Below, in pieces: positions 1 to 8,060 of a stretch of DNA of 64,000 bases; positions within the stretch are counted from its first letter, which is position 1; every line of letters begins with the position of its first letter. This stretch comes from a bacterium (lineage in GTDB: Bacteria > UBA8248), in assembly GCA_965207065.1 (NCBI GenBank), contig OZ242260.1, positions 4,096,001 to 4,160,000 of the forward strand, written 5' to 3'. The notes under the pieces are model-generated. The model had not been told where the DNA came from. It worked only from the letters and a program-made list of their open reading frames with translations, and did not search any database. The position numbers were made by a program, and so were the translations under genes.

Positions 1-4
1 CGCG

Positions 5-634
5 ATGAGGAGACCCGAACGGGTTTACCAGAACGCGAAGCGCGCCTCAGAGCAGACCCTCCAGCGAGCCAAATCGATCGCTCACCGGCGAATGAGGCGC
101 GCAGAAAAGGATGCCGACAGCGTCGCCCGCAAGGCCATATCCGGTGCCAGAAACGCCTTCTCCGCTGCGAGAAGAAAGGCCCACCGCAAAACCAGGGACA
201 TCGAAAACGGAAGGAAAGCGAGAAGAGCCTTCCGAAAAGCCCGCCGAGAGGCCGAAACCGTTCGGAATCAAGCCATCAAGGAAGCCAAGGCCGCCCGGAG
301 CAAGGCTTTCCATGCCGCCAAGGCCGCTTACAGAGAAGACGTCAAAACCGCCGAGGCCGCTCGGGACATTACGATCAAAAACGCCAGAATCGCCCGGGAC
401 AGAACCGCCTATTCCGCAAGGCTCTCCCATCAGCGGGCTACCAAGGCTTACCGCGCCGCCTATGAAAAAGCCCGTGGAACATTGGGCGACGCCTATATCA
501 GGGCGTATGCGAACCCCTACGGCTTTCGCCGGAAGGTATCGGGATACACCAGGGAAGTCGTCCTGAAGGCGGCGTTCCACGAACGCGTTAATCAGTGCCC
601 GGAAATGCTCAAGAAACAACCCGAACCGCGATGA
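5..634 (+). CDS. Hypothetical Ala/Arg/Lys-rich, very basic helical-repeat protein (may extend upstream of the window)
   Basis: 209-aa ORF with low-complexity A/R/K helical repeats; no recognisable domain. Confidence 0.5.
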   Translation: MRRPERVYQNAKRASEQTLQRAKSIAHRRMRRAEKDADSVARKAISGARNAFSAARRKAHRKTRDIENGRKARRAFRKARREAETVRNQAIKEAKAARSKAFHAAKAAYREDVKTAEAARDITIKNARIARDRTAYSARLSHQRATKAYRAAYEKARGTLGDAYIRAYANPYGFRRKVSGYTREVVLKAAFHERVNQCPEMLKKQPEPR

Positions 635-819
635 CACGCTTCGGCGCGCCATGAATGATCCGGGCAGACCCTCCCGGCTCCTCCCCCAACCGGCCTGAAT
701 CCCCGCCAAAAATAATCCGCGCTTTTCCTGTGGCGAAATCCTCGCCCTGAGACCTATATTGGGAATACAGGTGAGCGACATCTCTATATCGCAAGCCAGA
801 GCCGCCGAAGGAGATCGGC

Positions 820-1023
820 ATGAGCGAATACATCTGGATTTGCCCGAAATGCCTGCACCAGTTTCATGGGCACGTGTTCGATGAGGGCACCTACGGGAAC
901 GGCCCCATCTGCAACACCTGCTGTGTGGAACTGGAATTCCTGCCCGCAGTGGATGTGGCGGACAAATCCGCGATCCAGGAACGGAACCGCGAGACGGAGG
1001 CCCCTATCCCTCACTCCGCTTGA
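820..1023 (+). CDS. Small Cys-rich zinc-ribbon-like protein
   Basis: AAGGAGA RBS upstream of ATG 820; CPKC...CNTC pairs. Confidence 0.6.
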   Translation: MSEYIWICPKCLHQFHGHVFDEGTYGNGPICNTCCVELEFLPAVDVADKSAIQERNRETEAPIPHSA

Positions 1024-1032
1024 GGTAGGAGC

Positions 1033-1109
1033 GCGTGATGCCTGCAGCGTTTTTCGCCGAAACAATGAAGTGAAACCCCGCATCCTGCCTGAAAACCGGA
1101 AAGTCCGTC
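1033..1109 (-). repeat. Eroded copy of the def 3' end (att-like remnant 1)
   Basis: Aligns with 3027-3102 and with def 4088-4164 (gcgtgat.cctgc...cgccgaa...cgcatcctg). Confidence 0.6.
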
Positions 1110-1275
1110 ATTCAGAGAGTTTTTTGTAGAGCGGCGCGTATCTCGCATGGCTCGCCTGATAGACCGCCATGACGTGGGGGCGCGGCCTGCTCCCGCTGCA
1201 CTTCTCGATCAGGTCGGCCAGCGCCTCATCAACCAGGGACTGAAGCTGCCGTCCCTCGCTGCGCGCAAGGTCGCG
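1108..1275 (-). pseudogene. 5'-truncated copy of the antitoxin-like gene at 3101-3331
   Basis: Translates RDLARSEGRQLQSLVDEALADLIEK...YAPLYKKLSE*; N-terminal ~20 codons and start are missing. Confidence 0.8.
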
Positions 1276-1544
1276 GCGGGCTTGATGAATCCGGCGCGGC
1301 TTCGATGAGTGGCGGGGAAAGGGAACCGACTACGCGGCGGGGAGAAAATTTTTTTTCCGCTCCCCTTCATCGGGGGAAATCGGCAAAACAGGGCTTCATG
1401 CTCCATGCCGAAAGTGGAAAGGGATTTTTTTATGCGCGCCGTCAATTTCATTACATGGCCGGGCGGGCATGATATGATCTCGCCCGGATGATAACGTCGC
1501 ATGGTTCGACCACTGATAAAGGAGGGAGACGGATAAGCGAGGCG

Positions 1545-1838
1545 ATGAAGTGGACACTCAAAATCACGAAATATGAAGATTATCACCTTAACAACTTAGG
1601 TGTCGACGAACTGAAATATCTCAACGCCAAGGAATGTTTTGCTGAAACGGAAGCGAGAAGAATAGCCTATGAAACCATCGAGAAGCTCATTGATGAATAC
1701 CCGAATCATGATGATAGATGGCTTGAAGGGTTTGAGATCACAATTACTTCCCCATCTGGGCAGGAACAGATCATCACCGCGAATGAGATACCAGAAGCTA
1801 GGCGTGAAAACCTGCGAAGAAAACGGGAAAATGCCTAA
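1545..1838 (+). CDS. Hypothetical protein, AT-rich cargo
   Basis: Open frame with low-GC codon usage; purine-rich RBS-like tract upstream of ATG 1545. Confidence 0.6.
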   Translation: MKWTLKITKYEDYHLNNLGVDELKYLNAKECFAETEARRIAYETIEKLIDEYPNHDDRWLEGFEITITSPSGQEQIITANEIPEARRENLRRKRENA

Positions 1839-1973
1839 GAACCGGGGGGGAGGGCCTGCCTTTTCCGCGCACGGCGGCGCATGGGCCGCTGATGGCACCG
1901 CCGCCGCTTACCGATAGGGCACACTTCGGAGGGGTGAGTGACGAACTACGCAGACAAATTGGAGGTACAAAAA

Positions 1974-2750
1974 ATGTCGCAATATCTAATAGTTGATGTG
2001 GATAGTTGGCTAACCCATACAGGAAACGAGAAACCGTATCTGGATGTTGCAATTCCTTCTGTCTTGGAGTCTGTCTTCTGCGCGCTGGTAGGTGCTTTCG
2101 GTAAGTTACCTGACGAACGAATTGAAGTCTCTTGGTGGAAAGATTTACCCAGAGTCCTTTTAGATTCCGGTCCTTATCAAATCCGTATTAATGCTCAAAA
2201 TAGGAATTGGTGCCAATACGTCTATGAGTTCTCGCACAAACTGTGCCATGTAATGACGAACTACAATCGCAACAAAGTACATCGCCATTGTTGGTTTGAG
2301 GAAAGTCTTTGCGAAATGGCGTCGTTATTTGTTTTGCATGAGCTGTCAGAATCTTGGAAAACCAACCCACCTGAGAATGTAAAGGGCGCAGCAGAATTTG
2401 CACCAAACCACGCAATATATTGTGAGAGTGCTGTACTGCAATACATGACCCCAGAAGAATACAACAATATTTCAAGTATACATTTACCAGAATGGTTCGC
2501 ATTAAAACTTAAGGATATGGAAGCCGATTCTTATCTTCGCGACCGCAATGTGGTTGTAGCCCTTGCCCTCTTGGAGCATTTCCAGAGTGCTCCTTCTCTT
2601 TGGGCGGACTGTGGATATCTAAATTATTGGAATGTTCATGAAAACGAAACTTTTGAAGACTATTTGAATTCATGGGAAAAGTGTTTGAAATGCAATGACT
2701 CTGATTCGGTTCGAGTACCTGCCCTCGTTAGAAAAATGTTTTACGGGTAG
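1974..2750 (+). CDS. Zincin-like hypothetical protein with degenerate HExxH (HKLCH)
   Basis: GGAGG RBS before ATG 1974; WCQYVYEFSHKLCH...WFEESLCE motif; low GC. Confidence 0.7.
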   Translation: MSQYLIVDVDSWLTHTGNEKPYLDVAIPSVLESVFCALVGAFGKLPDERIEVSWWKDLPRVLLDSGPYQIRINAQNRNWCQYVYEFSHKLCHVMTNYNRNKVHRHCWFEESLCEMASLFVLHELSESWKTNPPENVKGAAEFAPNHAIYCESAVLQYMTPEEYNNISSIHLPEWFALKLKDMEADSYLRDRNVVVALALLEHFQSAPSLWADCGYLNYWNVHENETFEDYLNSWEKCLKCNDSDSVRVPALVRKMFYG

Positions 2751-2756
2751 CAAGTC

Positions 2757-3017
2757 GTGAAGATAAACCAGTTGATCGCAAGTCTTGAATCCGCGCCCGT
2801 GGGCGACGGCGATCTACTTGGCAAGCCGTTCAAGGCTCTCCCGTATCAGCGCCGCTTCGTTCGCTCCGTGTTCGATGAGGGCACCTACGGGAACGGCCCC
2901 ATTTGCAACACCTGCTGTGTGGAACTGGAATTCCTGCCCGCAGTGGATGTGGCGGACAAATCCGCGTTCCAGGAACGGAACCGCGAGACGGAGGCCCCTA
3001 TCCCTCATTCCGCTTGA
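2757..3017 (+). pseudogene. Chimeric ORF: phage terminase large-subunit-like N-terminus fused to the C-terminal part of the zinc-ribbon gene
   Basis: GDLLGKPFKALPYQRRFVRSVF resembles the TerL N-terminal GxPxxLxP(W/Y)Q motif; junction at 2868 with the duplication. Confidence 0.5.
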
Positions 3018-3268
3018 GGTAGGGACGCGTGATACCTGCGGCATTCCCCGCCGAAACAAAGAAGTGAAACCCCGCATCCTGTCTAAAATCAGACAGTCCA
3101 TCATTCAGCAAGTTTCGTGTAGAGCGGCGCGTATCTCTCATGGCTCGCCTCATAGACCGCCATGACGTGGGGGCGCGGCCTGCTCCCGCTGCGCTTCTCG
3201 ATCAGGTCGGCCAGCGCCTCATCAACCAGGGACTGAAGCTGCCGTCCCTCGCTGCGCGCAAGGTCGCG
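2868..3268 (+). repeat. ~400-bp direct repeat, copy 2 (partner 874-1275)
   Basis: Direct sequence comparison. Confidence 0.95.
3027..3102 (-). repeat. Eroded copy of the def 3' end (att-like remnant 2)
   Basis: Translates with one frameshift as DCLILDRMRGFT/CFGGECRRYHA versus Def DGLIFIDRMRDFSTLCFGEEYRRYHA. Confidence 0.8.
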
Positions 3269-3331
3269 CATGGCGGCCAGAATCTCAGGATTCACCCGGG
3301 TAGTGAATTTCTCTCGACGGCGGGTCACCAT
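3101..3331 (-). CDS. Ribbon-helix-helix-like antitoxin (type usually paired with a Doc/Fic toxin); orphan here
   Basis: MVTRRREKFTTRVNPEILAAMRDLARSEGRQLQSLVDEALADLIEK; no intact toxin ORF downstream. Confidence 0.65.
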   Translation of the reverse strand: MVTRRREKFTTRVNPEILAAMRDLARSEGRQLQSLVDEALADLIEKRSGSRPRPHVMAVYEASHERYAPLYTKLAE

Positions 3332-3389
3332 AAAACCCCCAATCTTGGGCCCCTCACTCCTCATAATGCCGCACGAGCGCCTCAGACGC

Positions 3390-3971
3390 TCAGGGCCGGG
3401 CTCTCTTGATGCGCCACTGCTTGAACTTCTTCCCGGTAGAGGCGCATGGCGCGAGTTCGAGACCGCGCGACATGAACGGCCCGGCCGACCTGCTGGCGGC
3501 GCCTGCGACGAGGCAAAGCGTCGGATCCGCGCCGGGGCGGAACTCCATCGCCGCGCCGTCGTAATCGAAGTCCTGGCCTGAGGCGTCTTTTGCGCAATCC
3601 AGCAGGCCAAGCGTTACCCCGGCGGCGGCCGGCGCCAGCAGCGCGGCGCATTTCCCGGCAAAAGTGGCCGAAGCGATGCGACGCGCCGCCTCATCGTAGC
3701 GGAACTGCACGTCGCCGCCGCGCGGCTTGCACGAGTGCGCATGCAACCTATCGCTGAACCCGCGTCCACGGGTGTCGATGCACCAGCCAAGCCCATCCTG
3801 CTCGTCCAGGTTGTCCGCCAGGTAGATGACCGGCGCGGGAGTCTTGAGGTCGGGCGGGGCCGCATGCGCCGCTGCCGGGAGACCCAAAAGCAGGAGAAGC
3901 GCCACGCACGCGAGCGTCTTGACTCCCGAGGTGGCGCTGAGATAACCGCCCACAGCTGCGATTTTTTTCAT
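3390..3971 (-). CDS. Secreted ricin-B/beta-trefoil-like protein
   Basis: GGAGG RBS; signal peptide; paired cysteines (WCID...HSCK, KCAA...LDC, LCLV...APC) and terminal QW motif. Confidence 0.65.
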   Translation of the reverse strand: MKKIAAVGGYLSATSGVKTLACVALLLLLGLPAAAHAAPPDLKTPAPVIYLADNLDEQDGLGWCIDTRGRGFSDRLHAHSCKPRGGDVQFRYDEAARRIASATFAGKCAALLAPAAAGVTLGLLDCAKDASGQDFDYDGAAMEFRPGADPTLCLVAGAASRSAGPFMSRGLELAPCASTGKKFKQWRIKRARP

Positions 3972-4065
3972 TTTGGAATTCCTCCCTGTCTTCCTGCATT
4001 CCAGGGCCCGCCGCTTCGACCATGCCGAAGTGAGGGAAATGGCACTACCTGACGGGCCTGGCCCC

Positions 4066-4593
4066 TCACCCCTCCTTGGGACGCGGGGCGTGATACCTGC
4101 GGTATTCCTCGCCGAAGCAGAGGGTGGAGAAATCGCGCATCCTGTCGATGAATATCAATCCATCGAGATGGTCGTATTCATGCTGGCACACGCGCGAGGC
4201 GAAGCCTTCCAGCTCCTCGGAATAGGCGCGTCCCTCCGCGTCCAGGGCTTCCAGGCGCACGCGGTCGTTGCGCGGCACGCGGCCATGGATGTCCGGGATG
4301 CTGAGACATCCCTCCCAGTCCTCCCAACCCTCCGCGCCTAAGGCCGTGAGCTTCGGGTTCACGGCCACGCGCAGCGTCGCTTCGTCATCCGGGTCCGTCT
4401 GCATGACGAACAGCCGCAACCCCTCGTGCACCTGCGGGGCGGCGAGGCCCACGCCCGCATATTCTTGCATCGTCTCGATCAAATCGTCGATAAAGCCCGC
4501 AAGTTCGGGACTCCCGAGTCCCTCGGGCGCAATCTCGCGCGCCTTTTCGCGGAGCACGGGGTGGCCCATGCGGGCGACCTTCAGTATGGACAT
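4066..4593 (-). CDS. def: Peptide deformylase
   Basis: GVGLAAPQ, EGCLS and QHEYDHLDG motifs. Confidence 0.97.
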   Translation of the reverse strand: MSILKVARMGHPVLREKAREIAPEGLGSPELAGFIDDLIETMQEYAGVGLAAPQVHEGLRLFVMQTDPDDEATLRVAVNPKLTALGAEGWEDWEGCLSIPDIHGRVPRNDRVRLEALDAEGRAYSEELEGFASRVCQHEYDHLDGLIFIDRMRDFSTLCFGEEYRRYHAPRPKEG

Positions 4594-4602
4594 TCCCCTC
4601 TC

Positions 4603-5319
4603 CTATTCACCCGGGGACGAGGCCGGCGGCAGGGCGGCGAACCAGGCGGCCAGACCGCCCGGGTCCACGGTCTCTTCCAGCGAGTCCACTACGCGGTCGG
4701 CCTCAGTGAGCTTGTCGGCGGGATAGCTCGTCGTCACCGCGAGGGTCCGCATGCCGGCGGCATTGCCCGAGCGCACACCCGCGACGGAATCCTCCACCAC
4801 GAGGCAAGAAATCGGCCGAATCGGCTCGCTCAGATTCTCGCTCATTTGTGCAAGCGCAGTCAGGAAACTCTCCGGATCCGGCTTTCCCCGGCTCACCATC
4901 TCCGCCGTCACGATAATCGGAAAGCAGTCGATCAGACCCACCCGCTCGAGCACGGGCCGCACCTCGTGGCCCAGGGCGCCGCTCGCAATCGCCAGGGGCC
5001 AGTGGCCGGCGGAGGCGCGAATCATCTCCGCCGCGCCGGGCAGAATCTGCGGCGCCAGCGCGATTTCCTGATAGCGCGCTTCTTTCAGTTCCAGAAGCTG
5101 CTCGAAGCGATCGGCCTCGACGGCCACGCCGCGGTCGCTGAGCACGTGGCTGAACAGCAGCCTGTCGTCGAAGGCGAGGTAGCGCTCGGCGTATTCCTCT
5201 TCCGTCAGGTCCAGGTCCAGTTCTTCCGAGAGCACCGCCTGGAACGCCGCCAGGTGGAGCGGCTCGCTGTCCGCGATGGTGCCGTCGAAATCAAAAATAA
5301 TCGCTTTTAATTCCGGCAT
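4603..5319 (-). CDS. HAD-superfamily phosphatase (beta-PGM/CbbY-like)
   Basis: FDFDGT, KPDP and VEDSVAG motifs. Confidence 0.92.
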   Translation of the reverse strand: MPELKAIIFDFDGTIADSEPLHLAAFQAVLSEELDLDLTEEEYAERYLAFDDRLLFSHVLSDRGVAVEADRFEQLLELKEARYQEIALAPQILPGAAEMIRASAGHWPLAIASGALGHEVRPVLERVGLIDCFPIIVTAEMVSRGKPDPESFLTALAQMSENLSEPIRPISCLVVEDSVAGVRSGNAAGMRTLAVTTSYPADKLTEADRVVDSLEETVDPGGLAAWFAALPPASSPGE

Positions 5320-5404
5320 TCTCTCTCCGTTTCCATTGCGGCCACGCCCCGATGGAAGCCTCCGCCTCGCCGCCGCACGCTATCCGCCATCTTTTTGTGT
5401 GGCA

Positions 5405-6169
5405 TTACAGCCACCCTCCTCCGTCTTCGAATATGCTCTCGCCCGTGATGTAGGCCGATGCGTCGGACGCCAGAAAAACCGCAAGGCCCACGATGTCCGC
5501 AGGCTCGCCCACGCGGCCGAGTATCGTCCTCTCGTTCAAGCCCTTCTCGACTTCTGGGTCTGCGAGCGCGGGCGCCAGCATCGGCGTGCGGTGCACCCCC
5601 GGGCAGATACAGTTCACGCGAACGCCTTGCCCGCCCCACTCGGCGGCGAGCGCTTTCGTGAGTCCCACCACGCCGTATTTGCTCGCGTTATACGCCGCGC
5701 GCGCAGGCCTGTGGCCCCGCTCGCCCAGAAACGTGCCGATGTTCACGATGCTGCCCGCACCGCGATCGAGCATCCCGCGCCCGGCTGCCTGCGCGCACAG
5801 AAAAGCGCCCGTGAGGTTCACGTCAACCACGAAGCGGAAATCCTCAGGCGAGACATCCGCGCTCGGGTCGGCGTTGATAACGCCCGCTCCATTTATCAGG
5901 ACGTTGACGCCGCCCAAGGCCTCTTCCGTCTGCTCCACGGCGCGCGTTACGTCTTCAGCATTCGTGACGTCCGCTCCGATGGCGAGCGCGCGGCGTCCCA
6001 ATTCCTCGATTCGGCGCGCCGTTTCGGCCACCAGGTTCTCCCGCCTGCCGAGAGCGGCCACGTCCGCGCCCGCCTCGGCCAGACCCAGCGCCATCGCTGC
6101 GCCCAGGCCCGTGCCCGCGCCCGTCACCAGGGCCGCCTTGCCGTCCAAACGAAATTTATCAAGTATCAA
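5405..6169 (-). CDS. Short-chain dehydrogenase/reductase (KduD/gluconate 5-dehydrogenase-like)
   Basis: TGAGTGLG and YNASK motifs. Confidence 0.92.
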   Translation of the reverse strand: MILDKFRLDGKAALVTGAGTGLGAAMALGLAEAGADVAALGRRENLVAETARRIEELGRRALAIGADVTNAEDVTRAVEQTEEALGGVNVLINGAGVINADPSADVSPEDFRFVVDVNLTGAFLCAQAAGRGMLDRGAGSIVNIGTFLGERGHRPARAAYNASKYGVVGLTKALAAEWGGQGVRVNCICPGVHRTPMLAPALADPEVEKGLNERTILGRVGEPADIVGLAVFLASDASAYITGESIFEDGGGWL

Positions 6170-6370
6170 GGCAGAATCCTTTGAAGATGGTTCATTTATC
6201 GGCGATTCGCGCTGCTTCCCTAAAAGCGCCCCAAGCTAGGGGATGGCGCATGGGGGTGTCAATACGGGGGGCGATGTTTCGACCCGAGGCGAGAGCACGG
6301 TGGGACGTATTTCGTCGTGGGTTTGTTGAAGAAGTCCATGTATCCCCTTGGTCGGCGACGTGATGATCCC

Positions 6371-6465
6371 GTAGGGACAGGCCTCCGTGCCTGTCCTGAT
6401 TACACCCATCCTGCAAAAGGACAACCACGGAGGGCAGGACAACCCCGAGGAGGGGTTGTCCCTAC
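6371..6465. repeat. Inverted pair of GTAG-type REP sequences (REPIN/BIME-like)
   Basis: GTAGGGACAGGCCTCCGTGCCTGTCC at 6371 and inverted GGACAACCCCGAGGAGGGGTTGTCCCTAC ending at 6465. Confidence 0.8.
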
Positions 6466-6525
6466 AAGCGCCAACGCCTCTTTCTTCACCCTGAGTAGCC
6501 GCCGAAGATAAAACGCGACTGAGAA

Positions 6526-6755
6526 GGGGTTGTTGAAAAAGTCCCCCATTTTAGGGGGGTAGAGGGGACGTCCCTCTCGACAGGAAAAGCAACCCCCCCT
6601 ACCCCCCCTTGTCAGGGGGGTATAAAAAGGCGATGCATTCCCGCCGGGCAGTGGGGGCTTTGCTTTTTCTTGCCCCCCTGACAAGGGGGGGTAGGGGGGG
6701 TTGATCCTGCTGGATCATACCGACCACTCCCAAGGCCGGCTTTTTCAACAACCCC
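6526..6755. mobile_element. Non-autonomous MITE with perfect 16-bp terminal inverted repeats
   Basis: GGGGTTGTTGAAAAAG ... CTTTTTCAACAACCCC; internal palindrome CCCCCCCTACCCCCCCTTGTCAGGGGGG / CCCCCCTGACAAGGGGGGGTAGGGGGGG. Confidence 0.85.
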
Positions 6756-6832
6756 GTTGTTGAGGGCATACATACAGATTAAACTGCTCCGGATGCGACT
6801 GCGTCCTTCACCGCCCCAAGGTGGGCCGCTCA

Positions 6833-7516
6833 ATGTCCGACACAACAAGCCATACCCCGAAAGATGAACAGCATGAAACCTGCCCCCTCTGCGGAGCGAA
6901 CGAGGCCGGGCATTATCTTCACGCCGATGCGCGCGATTATTCGCACTGCCCGGTCTGCCGCCTCATTTTCGTGCCGCCCGGGTTCTGGCCCGCGCCCGAA
7001 GCGGAGAAAGCGAGATACTTACAGCACCAGAATTACGGCTCCGATGAAGGCTACATCGCCTTTCTCAGGCAGTTGAGCGAGCCCCTGGTGAGGTTGCTGC
7101 CCCAAGGCGCTCGGGGGCTTGATTTCGGCGCGGGACCGGCGTCGGACGGACACCCCGTTCTGTGCGAGTTGTTCCAGGCGCAAGGAATCAAATGCCTGCC
7201 CTACGACCCCTACTTCTTCCCGGAAACCCCCGACGGCCCTTTTGATTTCATCGCCGCGAGCGAGACGTTCGAGCATTTAAGACACCCGAGAGAAGAAATC
7301 AGGCGGATTTATGAAAACCTGAAACCGGGCGGTCTCCTGGGCGTCATGACGGCGTTCTGGGAGGAGGCGATGTTCGCCAACAACTGGCACTACAGGCGCG
7401 ACTTCACCCATCTTTGCTTCTACCGGATAGAGAGTTTCGCGTGGATCCAGGAGAATTTCGGCTTCGCATGCCGCTGGACGGATGAGCGCCGCGTCATCAT
7501 CCTGGAGAAGATTTAA
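6833..7516 (+). CDS. Class I SAM-dependent methyltransferase with N-terminal CxxC...CxxC module
   Basis: CPLC/CPVC; LDFGAGP; ETFEH. Confidence 0.9.
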   Translation: MSDTTSHTPKDEQHETCPLCGANEAGHYLHADARDYSHCPVCRLIFVPPGFWPAPEAEKARYLQHQNYGSDEGYIAFLRQLSEPLVRLLPQGARGLDFGAGPASDGHPVLCELFQAQGIKCLPYDPYFFPETPDGPFDFIAASETFEHLRHPREEIRRIYENLKPGGLLGVMTAFWEEAMFANNWHYRRDFTHLCFYRIESFAWIQENFGFACRWTDERRVIILEKI

Positions 7517-7563
7517 TAGGGCTCGGCTCGCATTGTTCTCTTTTAATGTGAGGAGATCCGAAT

Positions 7564-7949
7564 GGGGTTGTTGAAAAGTCCTGATAAATCAGGAATGGAT
7601 TTCTCAACCGGCATTCGCCTACCAAATGAATTTCCAAATTGAGGGTCGTCGGCGACTGATTAAGGAGGAAGAATCACTCCCCCCTTGAGGGGTCGGGCAT
7701 CCCGAAGGGAATGCCCGATGAAAAACTCCCCTTTTAGGGGGTAGAGGAGACACCCCTCTCGACAGGAAAGTCAACCCCCCCTACCCCCCCTTGTCAGGGG
7801 GGTATAAAAAGGCGATGCGCCCCGCCGGGCAGAGGGGGTTTTGCTTTTTCTTGCCCCCCTGACAAGGGGGGGTAGGGGGGGTTGACTTTATGGGGTTTCC
7901 CTTTCAAGGGGGTTGCCTTTACCCACTCAAGGGCTTTTTCAACAGCCCC
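7564..7949. mobile_element. MITE of the same family, carrying extra nested palindromic modules
   Basis: GGGGTTGTTGAAAAG ... CTTTTTCAACAGCCCC; ~7730-7885 nearly identical to ~6548-6703. Confidence 0.85.
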
Positions 7950-8060
7950 ACTCACGCCCCCTGTTTTCAAGATTGCTTGTTCGCGCCCATACGCTGTGGC
8001 ATTCTTGCGCGTGGGTAAAAAACCTCTTGATTCATGTGGGGAAACGCTCTCTTGCGCACG

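Larger units (their letters stand above)
874..1275 (+). repeat. ~400-bp direct repeat, copy 1 (partner 2868-3268)
   Basis: gtgttcgatgagggcacctacggg...gcgcgcaaggtcgcg is shared almost base for base with 2868-3268. Confidence 0.95.

Noticed and set aside
1276-1440. Weak resemblance to 54570-54700 (ATGAATC.GGCGC, GCGGGGAAA, A/T tract)
   Set aside because: Matches too short to support homology by eye
6236-6848. Small ORFs over REP/MITE sequence (also 24019-24355, 24805-25482, 55010-55775)
   Set aside because: Translations of palindromic repeats with no coding signal
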